A stretch of 64,000 nucleotides of DNA from an uncultured Gammaproteobacteria bacterium (lineage in GTDB: Bacteria; Patescibacteriota; Microgenomatia; UBA12405): the NCBI GenBank assembly GCA_964448705.1, contig CAYUZS010000001.1:114687-178686 (forward strand), written 5' to 3'. Below are positions 47,390 to 57,781 of this stretch, piece by piece. How positions within the stretch are numbered: position 1 is the stretch's first letter; every line of letters starts with the position of its first letter. The position numbers and the translations under genes are program-made. The notes under the pieces are model-generated. The model searched no databases. It was not told the origin of the DNA and worked only from the letters and a program-made list of their open reading frames with translations.

Positions 47390-48634
47390 ATGAAGATTTG
47401 GCAAATATTAATTTTCTGTTTTTTAATCAGATTAGTTTCTTTAAATCAATCTCTGTGGCTGGACGAGGCAATTTCGGCAAACGTGGCAAAAAATTATAGT
47501 TTTTCTGAAATTGCAACCAAATTTTCTCCGAGTGATTTTCATCCCCCGCTGTATTATCTGATGCTGAAAAGTTGGACCGGTGTTTTTGGATATTCAGAAA
47601 TAAGTTTAAGAATGCCATCGGTTATATTTTCACTAATAACCATTTATATAGTATATCTACTCGCCGGTTCCAAGGCAGCCTGGCTGACTGGATTAAATCC
47701 GCTGTTGATTTACTATTCACAGGAAGCACGAATGTATTCTATGGTCACCATGCTGTTAATAGCGGCTCTTTATTTTTTCAAACAGAAAAAATATTTATGG
47801 TTTAATGTTTTAGCATTTCTAAGTTTTGCAACTTTTTACGGCTCTGTATTTTTGCTGGCAGCATTGGCATTATATTTACTGATAAATAAAAGGTTTAAAG
47901 AATTGATAATCAGTAATATCGGATTAGCAGCGGCCATATTGGCACTATCTCCATTATTAAAACTGCAATTACAAACTTCAAAGGAAATGCTGGCAATAGT
48001 GACCAATTGGAACCTGGTGCTGGGAAAAGCCAATCTGAAAAACTTGCTAATTATACCGGTGAAGTTTACCTCCGGAAGAATTAGCTTTTTTCCAAAATGG
48101 ATTTATTATTTAGTTTCCGGAACATGGACAATGGTGGTGTTGAGTCGATTGTTCAGAAAAAATTTCTGGAATTATTTATTGATCTCAACTTTGGTAATAG
48201 GAACAATATTTTCTATATTTACGCCAATGATGCAATATTTTAGATTTTTATATCTGGTGCCGGTGATGGCGATGGCGATTAAAAAAAGCCGGATTGTGAC
48301 AACAGGATTTTTGATTTTTTCACTAGGGTATTTGTTGACTCCGGCAATGTGGCGGGAAGACTGGAAAGGTTTAAGCCATGATCTGGGAAATAGTGTTTAT
48401 ATGATAGAAAGTTTTAAAGATCCAGTGAAATATTACAGAAATGATGTTTTGGTTAAAGATATTAGAGGCAGGATAGGCGAAAAAATTGTGACGGTTATCC
48501 CCTACGGGGAAGCCATTCACGGAGTTGATCATCAGCAAATTTTAAAAGAGGCGGGATATCAAAAAATTAATGAAAAATCTTATCGGGAAGTATCGTTGGA
48601 AACATGGGAATTAACTAACCCAGCAAATCTTTAA
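47390..48634 (+). CDS. GT-C glycosyltransferase (PMT_2 family)
   Basis: NQSLWLDEA, DFHPPLYY, SEISLR.PS, YYSQEARMY. Confidence 0.85.
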   Translation: MKIWQILIFCFLIRLVSLNQSLWLDEAISANVAKNYSFSEIATKFSPSDFHPPLYYLMLKSWTGVFGYSEISLRMPSVIFSLITIYIVYLLAGSKAAWLTGLNPLLIYYSQEARMYSMVTMLLIAALYFFKQKKYLWFNVLAFLSFATFYGSVFLLAALALYLLINKRFKELIISNIGLAAAILALSPLLKLQLQTSKEMLAIVTNWNLVLGKANLKNLLIIPVKFTSGRISFFPKWIYYLVSGTWTMVVLSRLFRKNFWNYLLISTLVIGTIFSIFTPMMQYFRFLYLVPVMAMAIKKSRIVTTGFLIFSLGYLLTPAMWREDWKGLSHDLGNSVYMIESFKDPVKYYRNDVLVKDIRGRIGEKIVTVIPYGEAIHGVDHQQILKEAGYQKINEKSYREVSLETWELTNPANL

Positions 48635-49403
48635 TCCGGGGGACAGCTTCAAGACCGCTTTGATAACCAATTTCGATATATTTTTTGGCTTTGACAAAAT
48701 TAAGAACATTAATATCTTCAACCGGAGGAACAATACTAACGTCGGCCAGGGAAAGATTTTTTTCGGAAAGATGACAGACCATAACCTGCATGGAAGCATA
48801 GGCAATTTGAGTAAAGTTGGCTTTGGAAAGTTTTCGATAATTTTTTGGAAAAATACGACTATATAAACCAACAGCCACCACTTTTTCACCAGGTGAGGGA
48901 AATACTTCGGAAACCGGAATCGGATCGACAGCACCACCGTCGATTAAAATTTTTTGTTCATGTTTTAGAGGAGAAAAAATAGCCGGAATACTGCAGGAAG
49001 CGCGGATAGCGGTTGATAATTTTCCCTGACTAAAAACATATTTTTCTCCGGAGACAATGTCGGAACAAACAGCCCGAAATTTTATCGGTAAATCTTCAAT
49101 TCGTTTCTGACCGCACATTTTGTCTAAAAAATTTTCCAGTTTCTGCCCGCGAACCAGACCGCTTTTGATAGGCCAATCAATAAGCACCTTGGCAATTTCC
49201 AGGTAGTTAATTTCGTCAGCTATTGTCTCTAAACGATGAATGTTGGGATCGGCGGCATAGAGTCCACCGATTAATGCACCGGCAGAAGTGCCGGCAATTT
49301 GGGTGATTTCGATACCGGCTTCGGTTAAAGCTTTAATGACACCGATATGAGCCAAGCCTTTGGAACCACCGCCGCCCAGAACTAAACAAATCTTTATTGA
49401 CAT
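48615..49403 (-). CDS. Patatin-like phospholipase
   Basis: LGGGGSKG, GTSAG, DGG; start ATG 49403. Confidence 0.93.
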   Translation of the reverse strand: MSIKICLVLGGGGSKGLAHIGVIKALTEAGIEITQIAGTSAGALIGGLYAADPNIHRLETIADEINYLEIAKVLIDWPIKSGLVRGQKLENFLDKMCGQKRIEDLPIKFRAVCSDIVSGEKYVFSQGKLSTAIRASCSIPAIFSPLKHEQKILIDGGAVDPIPVSEVFPSPGEKVVAVGLYSRIFPKNYRKLSKANFTQIAYASMQVMVCHLSEKNLSLADVSIVPPVEDINVLNFVKAKKYIEIGYQSGLEAVPRIKDLLG

Positions 49404-49501
49404 AGCTAATGATATCAAAACCGATTTTGGTAAGAAGTGAATATAAACACCATGGCTATCTGTAGCTTTAAAGACTTTAAAAAACAAACACGTGTATTTC
49501 G

Positions 49502-50185
49502 TTATTGCTTCAGTTTTAATACCTCGTCTGTGGTTAAGGAACGATATTTTCCAAAAGGAAGATTGCCTATTTCAATCGGGCCGATGGCGATGCGATGGAG
49601 ATCAACCAAGTGAAGATGAAGAGCGGCACACAATAAACGAATTTGGCGTTTTTTACCGGTATAGAGAATTATTTCGATCACGGTTTGATTAAAATTGAAT
49701 TTTATTTTTCTGGCTTTGGCAACATCAGAATTCATTTCAGATATTTTGTTGTCCGGTACTTTGCCAAGAATAGTGACTAAATAAGTTTTCGGAAGATGAT
49801 AACGGGGGTGGGTAAGACGTAGAGAAAGATCGCCATCGTTGGTTAGTAAAATCAAACCGGTTGATTCGTAGTCGAGACGGCCGACCGGAAAAACCCGAGG
49901 TGAGGAAGGGACATAATTCATAACAGTGTCGCGGCCGCGATCGTCACGAACTGTGGAGAGAACGAATTTAGGTTTGTTCAGAAGATAATAAACAAACTGC
50001 TGAGGCTGGGGTTTAATTATTTTTTTATCGACAACAACTTCATCAACTTCAGAATTAATTTTTTGGCCCAATAATGCCGGCTTTTTGTTAACAAAAACGC
50101 GGCCGCGGGAGATAAATTCGTCGATCTGACGACGGGAGGCGACTCCCTGCGAAGCTAGATATTTATTAAGCCTGATTAATGGCAT
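49502..50185 (-). CDS. rRNA pseudouridine synthase (RluB/RsuA family)
   Basis: S4 domain RLNKYLA..G..SRR; VGRLDYESTGL.LLTNDG; start ATG 50185. Confidence 0.93.
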   Translation of the reverse strand: MPLIRLNKYLASQGVASRRQIDEFISRGRVFVNKKPALLGQKINSEVDEVVVDKKIIKPQPQQFVYYLLNKPKFVLSTVRDDRGRDTVMNYVPSSPRVFPVGRLDYESTGLILLTNDGDLSLRLTHPRYHLPKTYLVTILGKVPDNKISEMNSDVAKARKIKFNFNQTVIEIILYTGKKRQIRLLCAALHLHLVDLHRIAIGPIEIGNLPFGKYRSLTTDEVLKLKQ

Positions 50186-50197
50186 AATATATATTAT

Positions 50198-51067
50198 ATG
50201 GCAAAGGATAAATATAGCGCGTTGTGGTTGAGCCACTCATCAATTTCCAGTTTTTTGGAATGCCCAAGAAGTTACTATTTGAAAAATGTTTATAAAAATC
50301 AAAACGGACACAAAATTAAGTTAATGTCGCCGCCTCTAGCCTTGGGACAGGCGGTGCATGAAGTGGTCGAATCTTTGTCGGAATTAAAAACAGATCAAAG
50401 ATTTAAAGAACCTTTGATGGATAAATTTGAAAAATCATGGAAAAAGATTTCCGGTAAACAAGGTGGTTTTTCTGATGAAGAAACAGAATATAAATACAAA
50501 GCCAGAGGTGAAGAAATGATCCGCCGGGTTATAAAACATCCCGGACCGGTGGCAGAACTGGCGGTGAAGATCAATATGGAACTCCCCTATTATTGGTTGT
50601 CGGAAGAAGACAATATTATTTTATGCGGTAAAATCGACTGGCTGAAATATATTCCGGAAGATGACAGTGTGGAGATTATTGACTTTAAAACCAGTAAAAA
50701 CGAAGAAGGAAAGGAAAGTCTGCAACTGCCCATTTATTCATTACTGGTGGCCAACTGTCAAAAAAGAAAAGTGGCCGGAGCTTGGTATTGGTATTTAGAA
50801 AGCAGCGACGAATTGACTAAAAAAGAATTGCCGGACGTTAAAGAAGCCGAAGAAAAAGTGCTTAAAATAGGTAAAAAAATGAAGTTGGCCAGACAAATGG
50901 GAATTTTTAAATGCCCACATGGTGAATCGGGCTGTCGAGCTTGCCGACCTTTTGAAATGATTTTAAAGGGAGAGGCAGAATTAGTAGGCAGTGATGAGTA
51001 TAAAGCTGATGTCTACATTCTCCACAAACCAACCAAGACAGAGGAAGAGGACAGCCGAATACTTTAA
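50198..51067 (+). CDS. PD-(D/E)XK nuclease (RecB/AddB-like) with 4-Cys Fe-S staple
   Basis: LS.S.I..F..CPR.YY, GKID...IIDFKT, QLPIY, C.....C..C. Confidence 0.85.
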   Translation: MAKDKYSALWLSHSSISSFLECPRSYYLKNVYKNQNGHKIKLMSPPLALGQAVHEVVESLSELKTDQRFKEPLMDKFEKSWKKISGKQGGFSDEETEYKYKARGEEMIRRVIKHPGPVAELAVKINMELPYYWLSEEDNIILCGKIDWLKYIPEDDSVEIIDFKTSKNEEGKESLQLPIYSLLVANCQKRKVAGAWYWYLESSDELTKKELPDVKEAEEKVLKIGKKMKLARQMGIFKCPHGESGCRACRPFEMILKGEAELVGSDEYKADVYILHKPTKTEEEDSRIL

Positions 51068-51678
51068 AAAAGACCCATTTGAGATTCTACAGCGGGAAGC
51101 GGATAGGAAAAATCAACATCGATTAAACGCGGGGTGTTCCATTTGTCTTTGTATTTAAGCTGTTTGTTTTTGAGACCAAAATCATAAACTTCCTTGGTAA
51201 CGATAACGTCCATCTCACAATATTTTTTTAATTTTGCCAGTGATTCCGGAGAGTGTTCCTGCCAGTAGGCAACGGCATTAAGACCATTGTCGATTTTGGT
51301 GTGGCCAAGTGTTTCGGTAGCGATGGCATTTAAACTGAGACGGAAACCAAGACTGTTTTTAACTTTTTCCAGAATATCAAAATGATTTAATTTTTTGAAA
51401 TCATAGGGAGAATGGGGAACCAGAGCCGGAACATCAAAATGGAGAGAATTAAATCCGATAATCCGGTCGGCATTAGAAAACAAAGGCCACATTTTTATAA
51501 AATCTTCCTCATAATAGGAGCTGATTTGACCGGAGATTTCATTGAAATTATCATCTAACTGACGGGTATAAAGTGAAACAATAGAAATACCCAAATCTGC
51601 GGGATTATTGGTGATGATATCGTCAAATATTTTCTTGGTTTCAATGTCAAAGATCACTTCGGTATAGGTTTGAGGCAT
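51064..51678 (-). CDS. RNase H-like 3'-5' exonuclease domain protein (YprB/DEDD type)
   Basis: FDIET, IGFN...FD.P.L, YC..DV. Confidence 0.82.
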   Translation of the reverse strand: MPQTYTEVIFDIETKKIFDDIITNNPADLGISIVSLYTRQLDDNFNEISGQISSYYEEDFIKMWPLFSNADRIIGFNSLHFDVPALVPHSPYDFKKLNHFDILEKVKNSLGFRLSLNAIATETLGHTKIDNGLNAVAYWQEHSPESLAKLKKYCEMDVIVTKEVYDFGLKNKQLKYKDKWNTPRLIDVDFSYPLPAVESQMGLF

Positions 51679-51734
51679 GGGACTAAGATATCAGAAAATT
51701 CAGATGACTGCAATTATGCTATAGTATTTTGTTC

Positions 51735-52511
51735 ATGGAAACAACATTGTACAGTTTTCCGATCATTAGAGACATTTTATCCCGAACCAATCACAGGGCG
51801 GAGAAGCTAGGAATTGTCGCTTTTATGAAATCTCTGATCAGAATCGGAAGAAATAATCTTGAAGTAACTATTCCTAAAGAAACTTGGAAAACATTAGCAC
51901 AAGAACCGGTACTGATCATCTCCAATCATCCGGCCGAATCAGACGTTCCTTTATTATTGTCGATACTGCAGGAAAGAGAGGACACTTATTTAATTGCCAG
52001 CCATCATTTTTTGAAAATATTACCCGATGTCGATAAAAATATAATTCCAGTGTACATCAGCCACCATCACTGGGAAACAAACGATGTCAGGTTGAAAATT
52101 TTTAACAAAGTACATCATTCCGAAATTTATAACCAGGAAGAAGCTCATGCAAAAAACAGAGAAAGTATTGCTTTGGCCGGAGAAAAAATTAATGCCGGAG
52201 GGGTGGTGGTGATTTACCCGGCAGCTCAGGAGATGAATCATCATTTTCGAAACGGGGTTGGGTTTTTGATGGAACAAATTCAAAATCCGAAAAAAGCCAA
52301 AATAGTAATGACTTACATAAAAGGAACATCACCGTGGGATTACCTCAGATTAGTCCCATTTTTAGGAAAGATTATGCCAAAGATAAAAATTGTGTTATCA
52401 AAACCTTTTCCCGTAAATGAGGTGATAACCAGCGATGGGAAAGCAACTACTAAAAAGTTAGAAACAAAATATAATTCCTGGACTAAAAAATTAGGGAAAT
52501 TGATTGATTAA
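51735..52511 (+). CDS. Phospholipid/glycerol acyltransferase (PlsC-like)
   Basis: IISNHPAESD (HX4D), VVIYP. Confidence 0.72.
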   Translation: METTLYSFPIIRDILSRTNHRAEKLGIVAFMKSLIRIGRNNLEVTIPKETWKTLAQEPVLIISNHPAESDVPLLLSILQEREDTYLIASHHFLKILPDVDKNIIPVYISHHHWETNDVRLKIFNKVHHSEIYNQEEAHAKNRESIALAGEKINAGGVVVIYPAAQEMNHHFRNGVGFLMEQIQNPKKAKIVMTYIKGTSPWDYLRLVPFLGKIMPKIKIVLSKPFPVNEVITSDGKATTKKLETKYNSWTKKLGKLID

Positions 52512-55500
52512 AACCACTTTTTTGTTAACTAAAGAAGTTTTATATTTGTGAATTGTTTTTTTATAGTTGGCTTTGGCAGGAACCCATTCGGACCAGGGAC
52601 CGGCAGTGCAGCCATTGACAGCCGCTACCCGGAAATAGTAAGTGGTTCGGGGGTCCAAGAGATTAACCGTAAAATTTTGTTCACCTTCATTATTGTTGAC
52701 GTAATTAAAAATGGCACTGAATCGATCTTCATCTTTTTTGTATCCATAGTTGACAACATAGCCGGTAATTTTGTCATTAATGGGAGTAAAAATTATTTTT
52801 GCTGAACCTTTTGTCGTAATTATTTTAAATAAGTCAGGTCTTGATAAGGGAGTTGTGTCGGTGCAGCGGGGAGGCTCGTGAAATAGGGTGAAAACCGGAG
52901 GGGAAGAATTGTTATTAGAATTATTATCAGAAGACGGTGGGATAGTCGGTTCGGGAGTGGTTGAAGCGGAACTGGCGGCAACAAAATATGAGGCAAGGTT
53001 GGTGGTAAACTGGCAAAAACCACTATTAATAGTACAAGTATCATTAACCAAACCTTCTGCAGTCCAAGCACTATCGAGACTCAGCGATCTAAAAATATGT
53101 AAAGTGTCTCCGTTGTAACTATCACCAACATAAATATTGATAGTAACCGGTGAACTAAACTTTAAAGTGGTATTGGCAATCCCCCATTGGACACCGGCTC
53201 GAGAGACATAATCAAAACCCAAATTGATACCGGTGGCGACATCAAAGGAAGAGACTCCTATCTGGGAGGCATCGAATTCATTGTCCGTATTTTCTGAAAT
53301 TGTGAGACCGTCACTTAAAGCAACACTGCTGGTGGTGGAAGTATCGCCAATGCTTATTAATATGTTCCCAGTGACACCGACAGAAAGTGAATTGTTTTCA
53401 ACGGTGCCCGGAGTAGTAGTAAATAATCCGGAAACAAAAAGATCGGGCAAATAATTACTAGTGATACTGAGGGTAGAAGGATTGATAGACCAATTATTAC
53501 CGGATGAAACTAGCCGTAAGGAAGAGATGGCATTGCCTAAGGAATCATAAAAAAGAGTGGCAGTGGAACCGACGTTTAAGACAAGACTACCACCGGCAAC
53601 AACACCACTGGAGATAAAGGTGATTTTCTGAGAACTATAAACTGCCGATGTTAACGACATAGTTGAAGGAGCAACCGTGAAATAATCAGAAACGTCCGTA
53701 CTATTACCAAGAGCCACACCACTATAGTCGTAAATATTTTCAGCAAAATCGATGACTAAAGTACTGCCGATTCCTGTCTCGATAGAAGCAGTGGGACCGG
53801 TATTATCTAAAATACAGGAGACAGTGACAACCGGACCTTCATTATCGTCGGTATCTTTGGCCTGAACATGAAGATAATAAGTTCCGGTGCCGGAAGAAAC
53901 ATAAGCACTATTACCAACACCATAGGCTCCACTGGGAGCGGAAGTGGATGACTGATCAATTAAATACCGATAGGTGTCGGTTGAAGGAGTGGCAGAACTC
54001 CAAGTCCAGGTTTTGGATTTTGCCGGGGTGGAATCATTTGACAAACCGGTAACTGCCGGCCCGGTGACGGAAAGACCAAGGGCGAGCACTGATTTATAAG
54101 CATTAATCCTTTTACCGGTAACTGTTTTTCCGGAAAGAGAATTGAGAGAATCTCCGTTGGTTAAAATATTATCCTTAAGCTGGGCATTAGTTAAAGAAGG
54201 GTCGATACTCAACAAGTAACCGGCCAAACCAGCAACATGAGGAGCGGCCATGGAAGTTCCGCTGAGAAATTCGTAATCTTCATTAGAACCATCGGTGTAA
54301 GTGACTACTTTTAAATTTTTTACCAGACAACCATCACCGGTACCACGGTCAGTGTCGCTGTCGGCTACCCAACGTAGGCGGAATTTAAAACTAGAAGTGT
54401 AATATTGACTGGCAAGATCCTGACTAATATCAGCAATATTACTACCATATAGTGCAACTAAAGAATAAGTGTTCCAGCGGAGCAATTCGGTGTAATTAGT
54501 CCCATCAGAACTGACTTCGAGAGCCATATAATCTGAAGAAGCACCCTGAGGATCGGTATTTTCCGTGTCGCATTTAGTAAGAAAACTAAACTTGACATTA
54601 TCAACAGTAGAAAGGTCAACAGTATCGTGAGTTAAATAAGAATCGACCGGATAATCGTAAGGAGTATGGGAAACATCACCATAAAGAACATTATAGATAG
54701 GGCCGGTGCCGCCAATATTATACGTTCCCCACGCTGAACCATAATCGGTTGTCCAGCCAGTAGGTAAATCCGGAGCAGTGGAATTATTAAAAGTTTCATT
54801 GACCAACGACAGCTCGTCGTAAGTGCTGTAGATATTAACACCGGGAGCTCCGACATCAACCGAGGTAGCGCCGGTGTTAGAAAAACTGGCCAGACTATCG
54901 CCCTGATCAGTAGCAGCAACGGAAATAATATCTGCTAAATTATAATCTGAAGGATAAGAATGAGTTTCGGTATCGTTGTCAACTGATTCATTACCGGCAG
55001 CGGCGATCAACAGACCTCCGGCATTTTCAAAATCACTGATGGCATTGTATTCAGAAGCAGAATAATCGGAACCACCATAACTGGCATTAATTATTTTGGC
55101 ACCGTTTTGTCGGGCAAAATTCATAGAGCTTATCAAACAGGAAACAGTCAGATCGCATTTAATGGCCATTATTTTTATTCTGGGGCCAACTCCGGCAATA
55201 CCCCGGGTATTATTTTGAGTAGCAGCAATAGTACCGGCAATATGAGTGCCGTGAGTATTGGAAGTAGGCAGAGGATCTTTGTCGTCGTCTTCAAAATCGT
55301 AACCATGCTGACAACCACCCAAATAATCGCCATTTTCATCAACACAGTCGGAACCGTCCCACATATTGTTTATAAGATCAGGATGATTGTAGGCAACTCC
55401 GGTGTCGATAACAGCCACAATTACATCGGAACTACCGGTGGAAAGCGACCAAGCGGAAGGCATGTCGATATCGGCATCGGCAACACTGGTGGCAGTGGCT

Positions 55501-55973
55501 CCGGAACTTAAAGTTAATGTTTGGCCGGTATTGTCCAAACCCCAAAGATTGGTTTTATAAGTATCATCAGTATTAATAGTGTATAGATGGCGATAGTAAT
55601 TTGGTTCGGCGGATTCTATACTGGCATCCTGACGAAGCATAGTGATGGCATCTTTAACATTAGAGCGGCGATTGATTTTGTAGACGATGGTATTTTCACT
55701 GCGATGTTCGACTTTTGAGTCCAAACCTTTCAAAATAGGAAAACTAAATTTTTTGACGGCAGTAATTAAATTATTGGAATTAATGTTAAGACGATTTTTT
55801 TTAAATTTAACGATGACTTCATCTGGAACATAATCAACTAAAGGTACAAGATCCTGAAGTTCGGAAGAGGTAGTTTGTCTTGGAGGCAAAGCAAAAGATG
55901 AGGCAGGATAAATTAATTCGATAATTGCCAATAAAGCAAATGGCATTAACCGAAAACACTTTTTGAAGTCCAT
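52491..55973 (-). CDS. Secreted subtilisin-like (S8) serine protease with inserted beta-domain and C-terminal Fn3
   Basis: VAVIDTG, HGTHIAG, AAAGN, GTSMAAPHVAG triad. Confidence 0.93.
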   Translation of the reverse strand: MDFKKCFRLMPFALLAIIELIYPASSFALPPRQTTSSELQDLVPLVDYVPDEVIVKFKKNRLNINSNNLITAVKKFSFPILKGLDSKVEHRSENTIVYKINRRSNVKDAITMLRQDASIESAEPNYYRHLYTINTDDTYKTNLWGLDNTGQTLTLSSGATATSVADADIDMPSAWSLSTGSSDVIVAVIDTGVAYNHPDLINNMWDGSDCVDENGDYLGGCQHGYDFEDDDKDPLPTSNTHGTHIAGTIAATQNNTRGIAGVGPRIKIMAIKCDLTVSCLISSMNFARQNGAKIINASYGGSDYSASEYNAISDFENAGGLLIAAAGNESVDNDTETHSYPSDYNLADIISVAATDQGDSLASFSNTGATSVDVGAPGVNIYSTYDELSLVNETFNNSTAPDLPTGWTTDYGSAWGTYNIGGTGPIYNVLYGDVSHTPYDYPVDSYLTHDTVDLSTVDNVKFSFLTKCDTENTDPQGASSDYMALEVSSDGTNYTELLRWNTYSLVALYGSNIADISQDLASQYYTSSFKFRLRWVADSDTDRGTGDGCLVKNLKVVTYTDGSNEDYEFLSGTSMAAPHVAGLAGYLLSIDPSLTNAQLKDNILTNGDSLNSLSGKTVTGKRINAYKSVLALGLSVTGPAVTGLSNDSTPAKSKTWTWSSATPSTDTYRYLIDQSSTSAPSGAYGVGNSAYVSSGTGTYYLHVQAKDTDDNEGPVVTVSCILDNTGPTASIETGIGSTLVIDFAENIYDYSGVALGNSTDVSDYFTVAPSTMSLTSAVYSSQKITFISSGVVAGGSLVLNVGSTATLFYDSLGNAISSLRLVSSGNNWSINPSTLSITSNYLPDLFVSGLFTTTPGTVENNSLSVGVTGNILISIGDTSTTSSVALSDGLTISENTDNEFDASQIGVSSFDVATGINLGFDYVSRAGVQWGIANTTLKFSSPVTINIYVGDSYNGDTLHIFRSLSLDSAWTAEGLVNDTCTINSGFCQFTTNLASYFVAASSASTTPEPTIPPSSDNNSNNNSSPPVFTLFHEPPRCTDTTPLSRPDLFKIITTKGSAKIIFTPINDKITGYVVNYGYKKDEDRFSAIFNYVNNNEGEQNFTVNLLDPRTTYYFRVAAVNGCTAGPWSEWVPAKANYKKTIHKYKTSLVNKKVVLINQFP

Positions 55974-56017
55974 ATCAATAATTAATTAAAACACAACAAT
56001 TCAAAAAAAGGTGAAGA

Positions 56018-57781
56018 TCAGCTGTTTATTTTGTGTATCGTAATTAAATCGAGAGAATCTTCAAATGATTTTGCAGAGACAACAGTGCCATGATTAACAA
56101 AATAGATTTGGTCTGCTTTTTTAATAGTGTTTAACCGATGGGCAATAATAACTTTAGTTGTTTTTTTAGGAAGTTTATCGATGATAGTCTGCAGCAGACT
56201 TTCGGTGACGGTATCAATGTTGGCAGTGGCTTCGTCCATAATTAATAAATCAGGACGGCGAATAATGGCTCTGATAAATGAAATCAGTTGTTTTTGACCA
56301 AGACTGATAGTTTCAATAGTGGGAGTAACCAAAGTGTCTAAACCTTGATCAAATTTGTTGATTAAGACCTCCAAATCAAGATCCCGGAGAATCTTTTCCA
56401 GTTTAGTTTTGGAATAAACGGGAAAATCCGGATGACCATAGACTATGTTTTCACCAACAGTACCGGTAAAGAGATATTGTTCCTGATGAATAAATCCGAT
56501 TTTTTCGGAAATTTCCTGCGGCGAATAACTTTTTATGTCACGACCCTGCAGATAAACTGTACCCCGATTGGGATCATACAATCTGGTCATGAGAGAAGCC
56601 AGAGTACTTTTTCCACCACCGGTGGGGCCGACAATGGCATAAGTTTTGCCGCAACAAAAATTAAAATTAACCTTTTTAAGAATCCAATCACTATCGACAT
56701 ATTTAAAGCTGGCATTTTCAAAGTGAATAATGGAATCAGTGGGTTTAGTTTTTGTTTTAGGTGAAATTTCCAAATTTGATTTCAGCTGAAGAATCTCGAA
56801 GATACGATTCCATCCGGCTAATGCCACCTGAGCCGAAGCGATGAGAGCTGCCATCTGACGAAGAGGTCCATAGAAACGATCAGTATAACTTAAGAAACTG
56901 ATGAGGATACCAACAGTGATCTGACCCTGACTGATAAAATAAACCCCAAAGACAAGAACTAAGAGGACCGCCATGTTTCCGGAAAAATCATACAACGGCC
57001 CGGAAATATTGTTGGCAATTCCCGAACGGACAGAATGATGAAAATTATTGAAGTTAACATTTTGAAAATTGTCCCGGAAATAATCACGCCGATCATAAGC
57101 CACCACAACTTTAAAATTATTTAAACTCTCCTGAATTTCAGCAGAAAGAGTACCAAGCGACTGAAGACTGAGGCGGTTTTGACGACTTACCCACGGAGAA
57201 ATTAAAAGAGTAATTATAAATAGAAGAAAGGCACTGCCGAGAGTGATTAAAGCCAGGCGAAAATTAATGGTAAACATAAAAAGACAAATACCAAGCATGG
57301 TGAAAAAGTTACCCATAAATTGATTCAGCTGTTGAGAGAAAAATTGATTTAGTTTGTCGGTGTCGTTGTTAATCCTGGATATCAAATCACCAAGTTTATT
57401 TTGATTAAAAAAGACCAGAGGCAGCATTTGAATTTTCTGAAAAAGCGTATTTCTAAGATTAAAGAGAACATTTTGGCCGATAGTTCCCATGAGTCTGGTT
57501 TGTAAATAATTGGTGATGAAACCTAATGAAAACAAACCCAGAAGAATAAAGGTATTCATGGTTAAACCATTCAGATCCTTGTTTTGGATATAACGGTCAA
57601 CAGTCTGACCTAAAATAAAAGGGGTAGCGATGCCGATGAGTGAGTTAATTAAAATAGCAACTAAGGCAATTAAAAAACGGATTTTTTCGCCAACCAAAAA
57701 ATGAATAAATTGTTTTACCAAACGGAAAAAGTTTAGTTTTTCTTTCTGACCGGACTGATAAGTTTTTAGAGTGTAGTTCAT
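56018..57781 (-). CDS. ABC exporter, fused TMD-NBD subunit
   Basis: GPTGGGKST, S.GQKQ, MDEAT, IAHRL. Confidence 0.93.
   Translation of the reverse strand: MNYTLKTYQSGQKEKLNFFRLVKQFIHFLVGEKIRFLIALVAILINSLIGIATPFILGQTVDRYIQNKDLNGLTMNTFILLGLFSLGFITNYLQTRLMGTIGQNVLFNLRNTLFQKIQMLPLVFFNQNKLGDLISRINNDTDKLNQFFSQQLNQFMGNFFTMLGICLFMFTINFRLALITLGSAFLLFIITLLISPWVSRQNRLSLQSLGTLSAEIQESLNNFKVVVAYDRRDYFRDNFQNVNFNNFHHSVRSGIANNISGPLYDFSGNMAVLLVLVFGVYFISQGQITVGILISFLSYTDRFYGPLRQMAALIASAQVALAGWNRIFEILQLKSNLEISPKTKTKPTDSIIHFENASFKYVDSDWILKKVNFNFCCGKTYAIVGPTGGGKSTLASLMTRLYDPNRGTVYLQGRDIKSYSPQEISEKIGFIHQEQYLFTGTVGENIVYGHPDFPVYSKTKLEKILRDLDLEVLINKFDQGLDTLVTPTIETISLGQKQLISFIRAIIRRPDLLIMDEATANIDTVTESLLQTIIDKLPKKTTKVIIAHRLNTIKKADQIYFVNHGTVVSAKSFEDSLDLITIHKINS

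Noticed and set aside
47318-47404. Extended N-termini from the ORF track (rarA, also 28775, 50236, 49487, 44117, 16402)
   Set aside because: They overlap neighbouring genes or promoters; downstream ATGs match family N-termini and -10/SD positions.
50198-51067. Cas4/CRISPR system
   Set aside because: No other cas genes and no repeat-spacer array seen in the window; solo PD-(D/E)XK nucleases are common.
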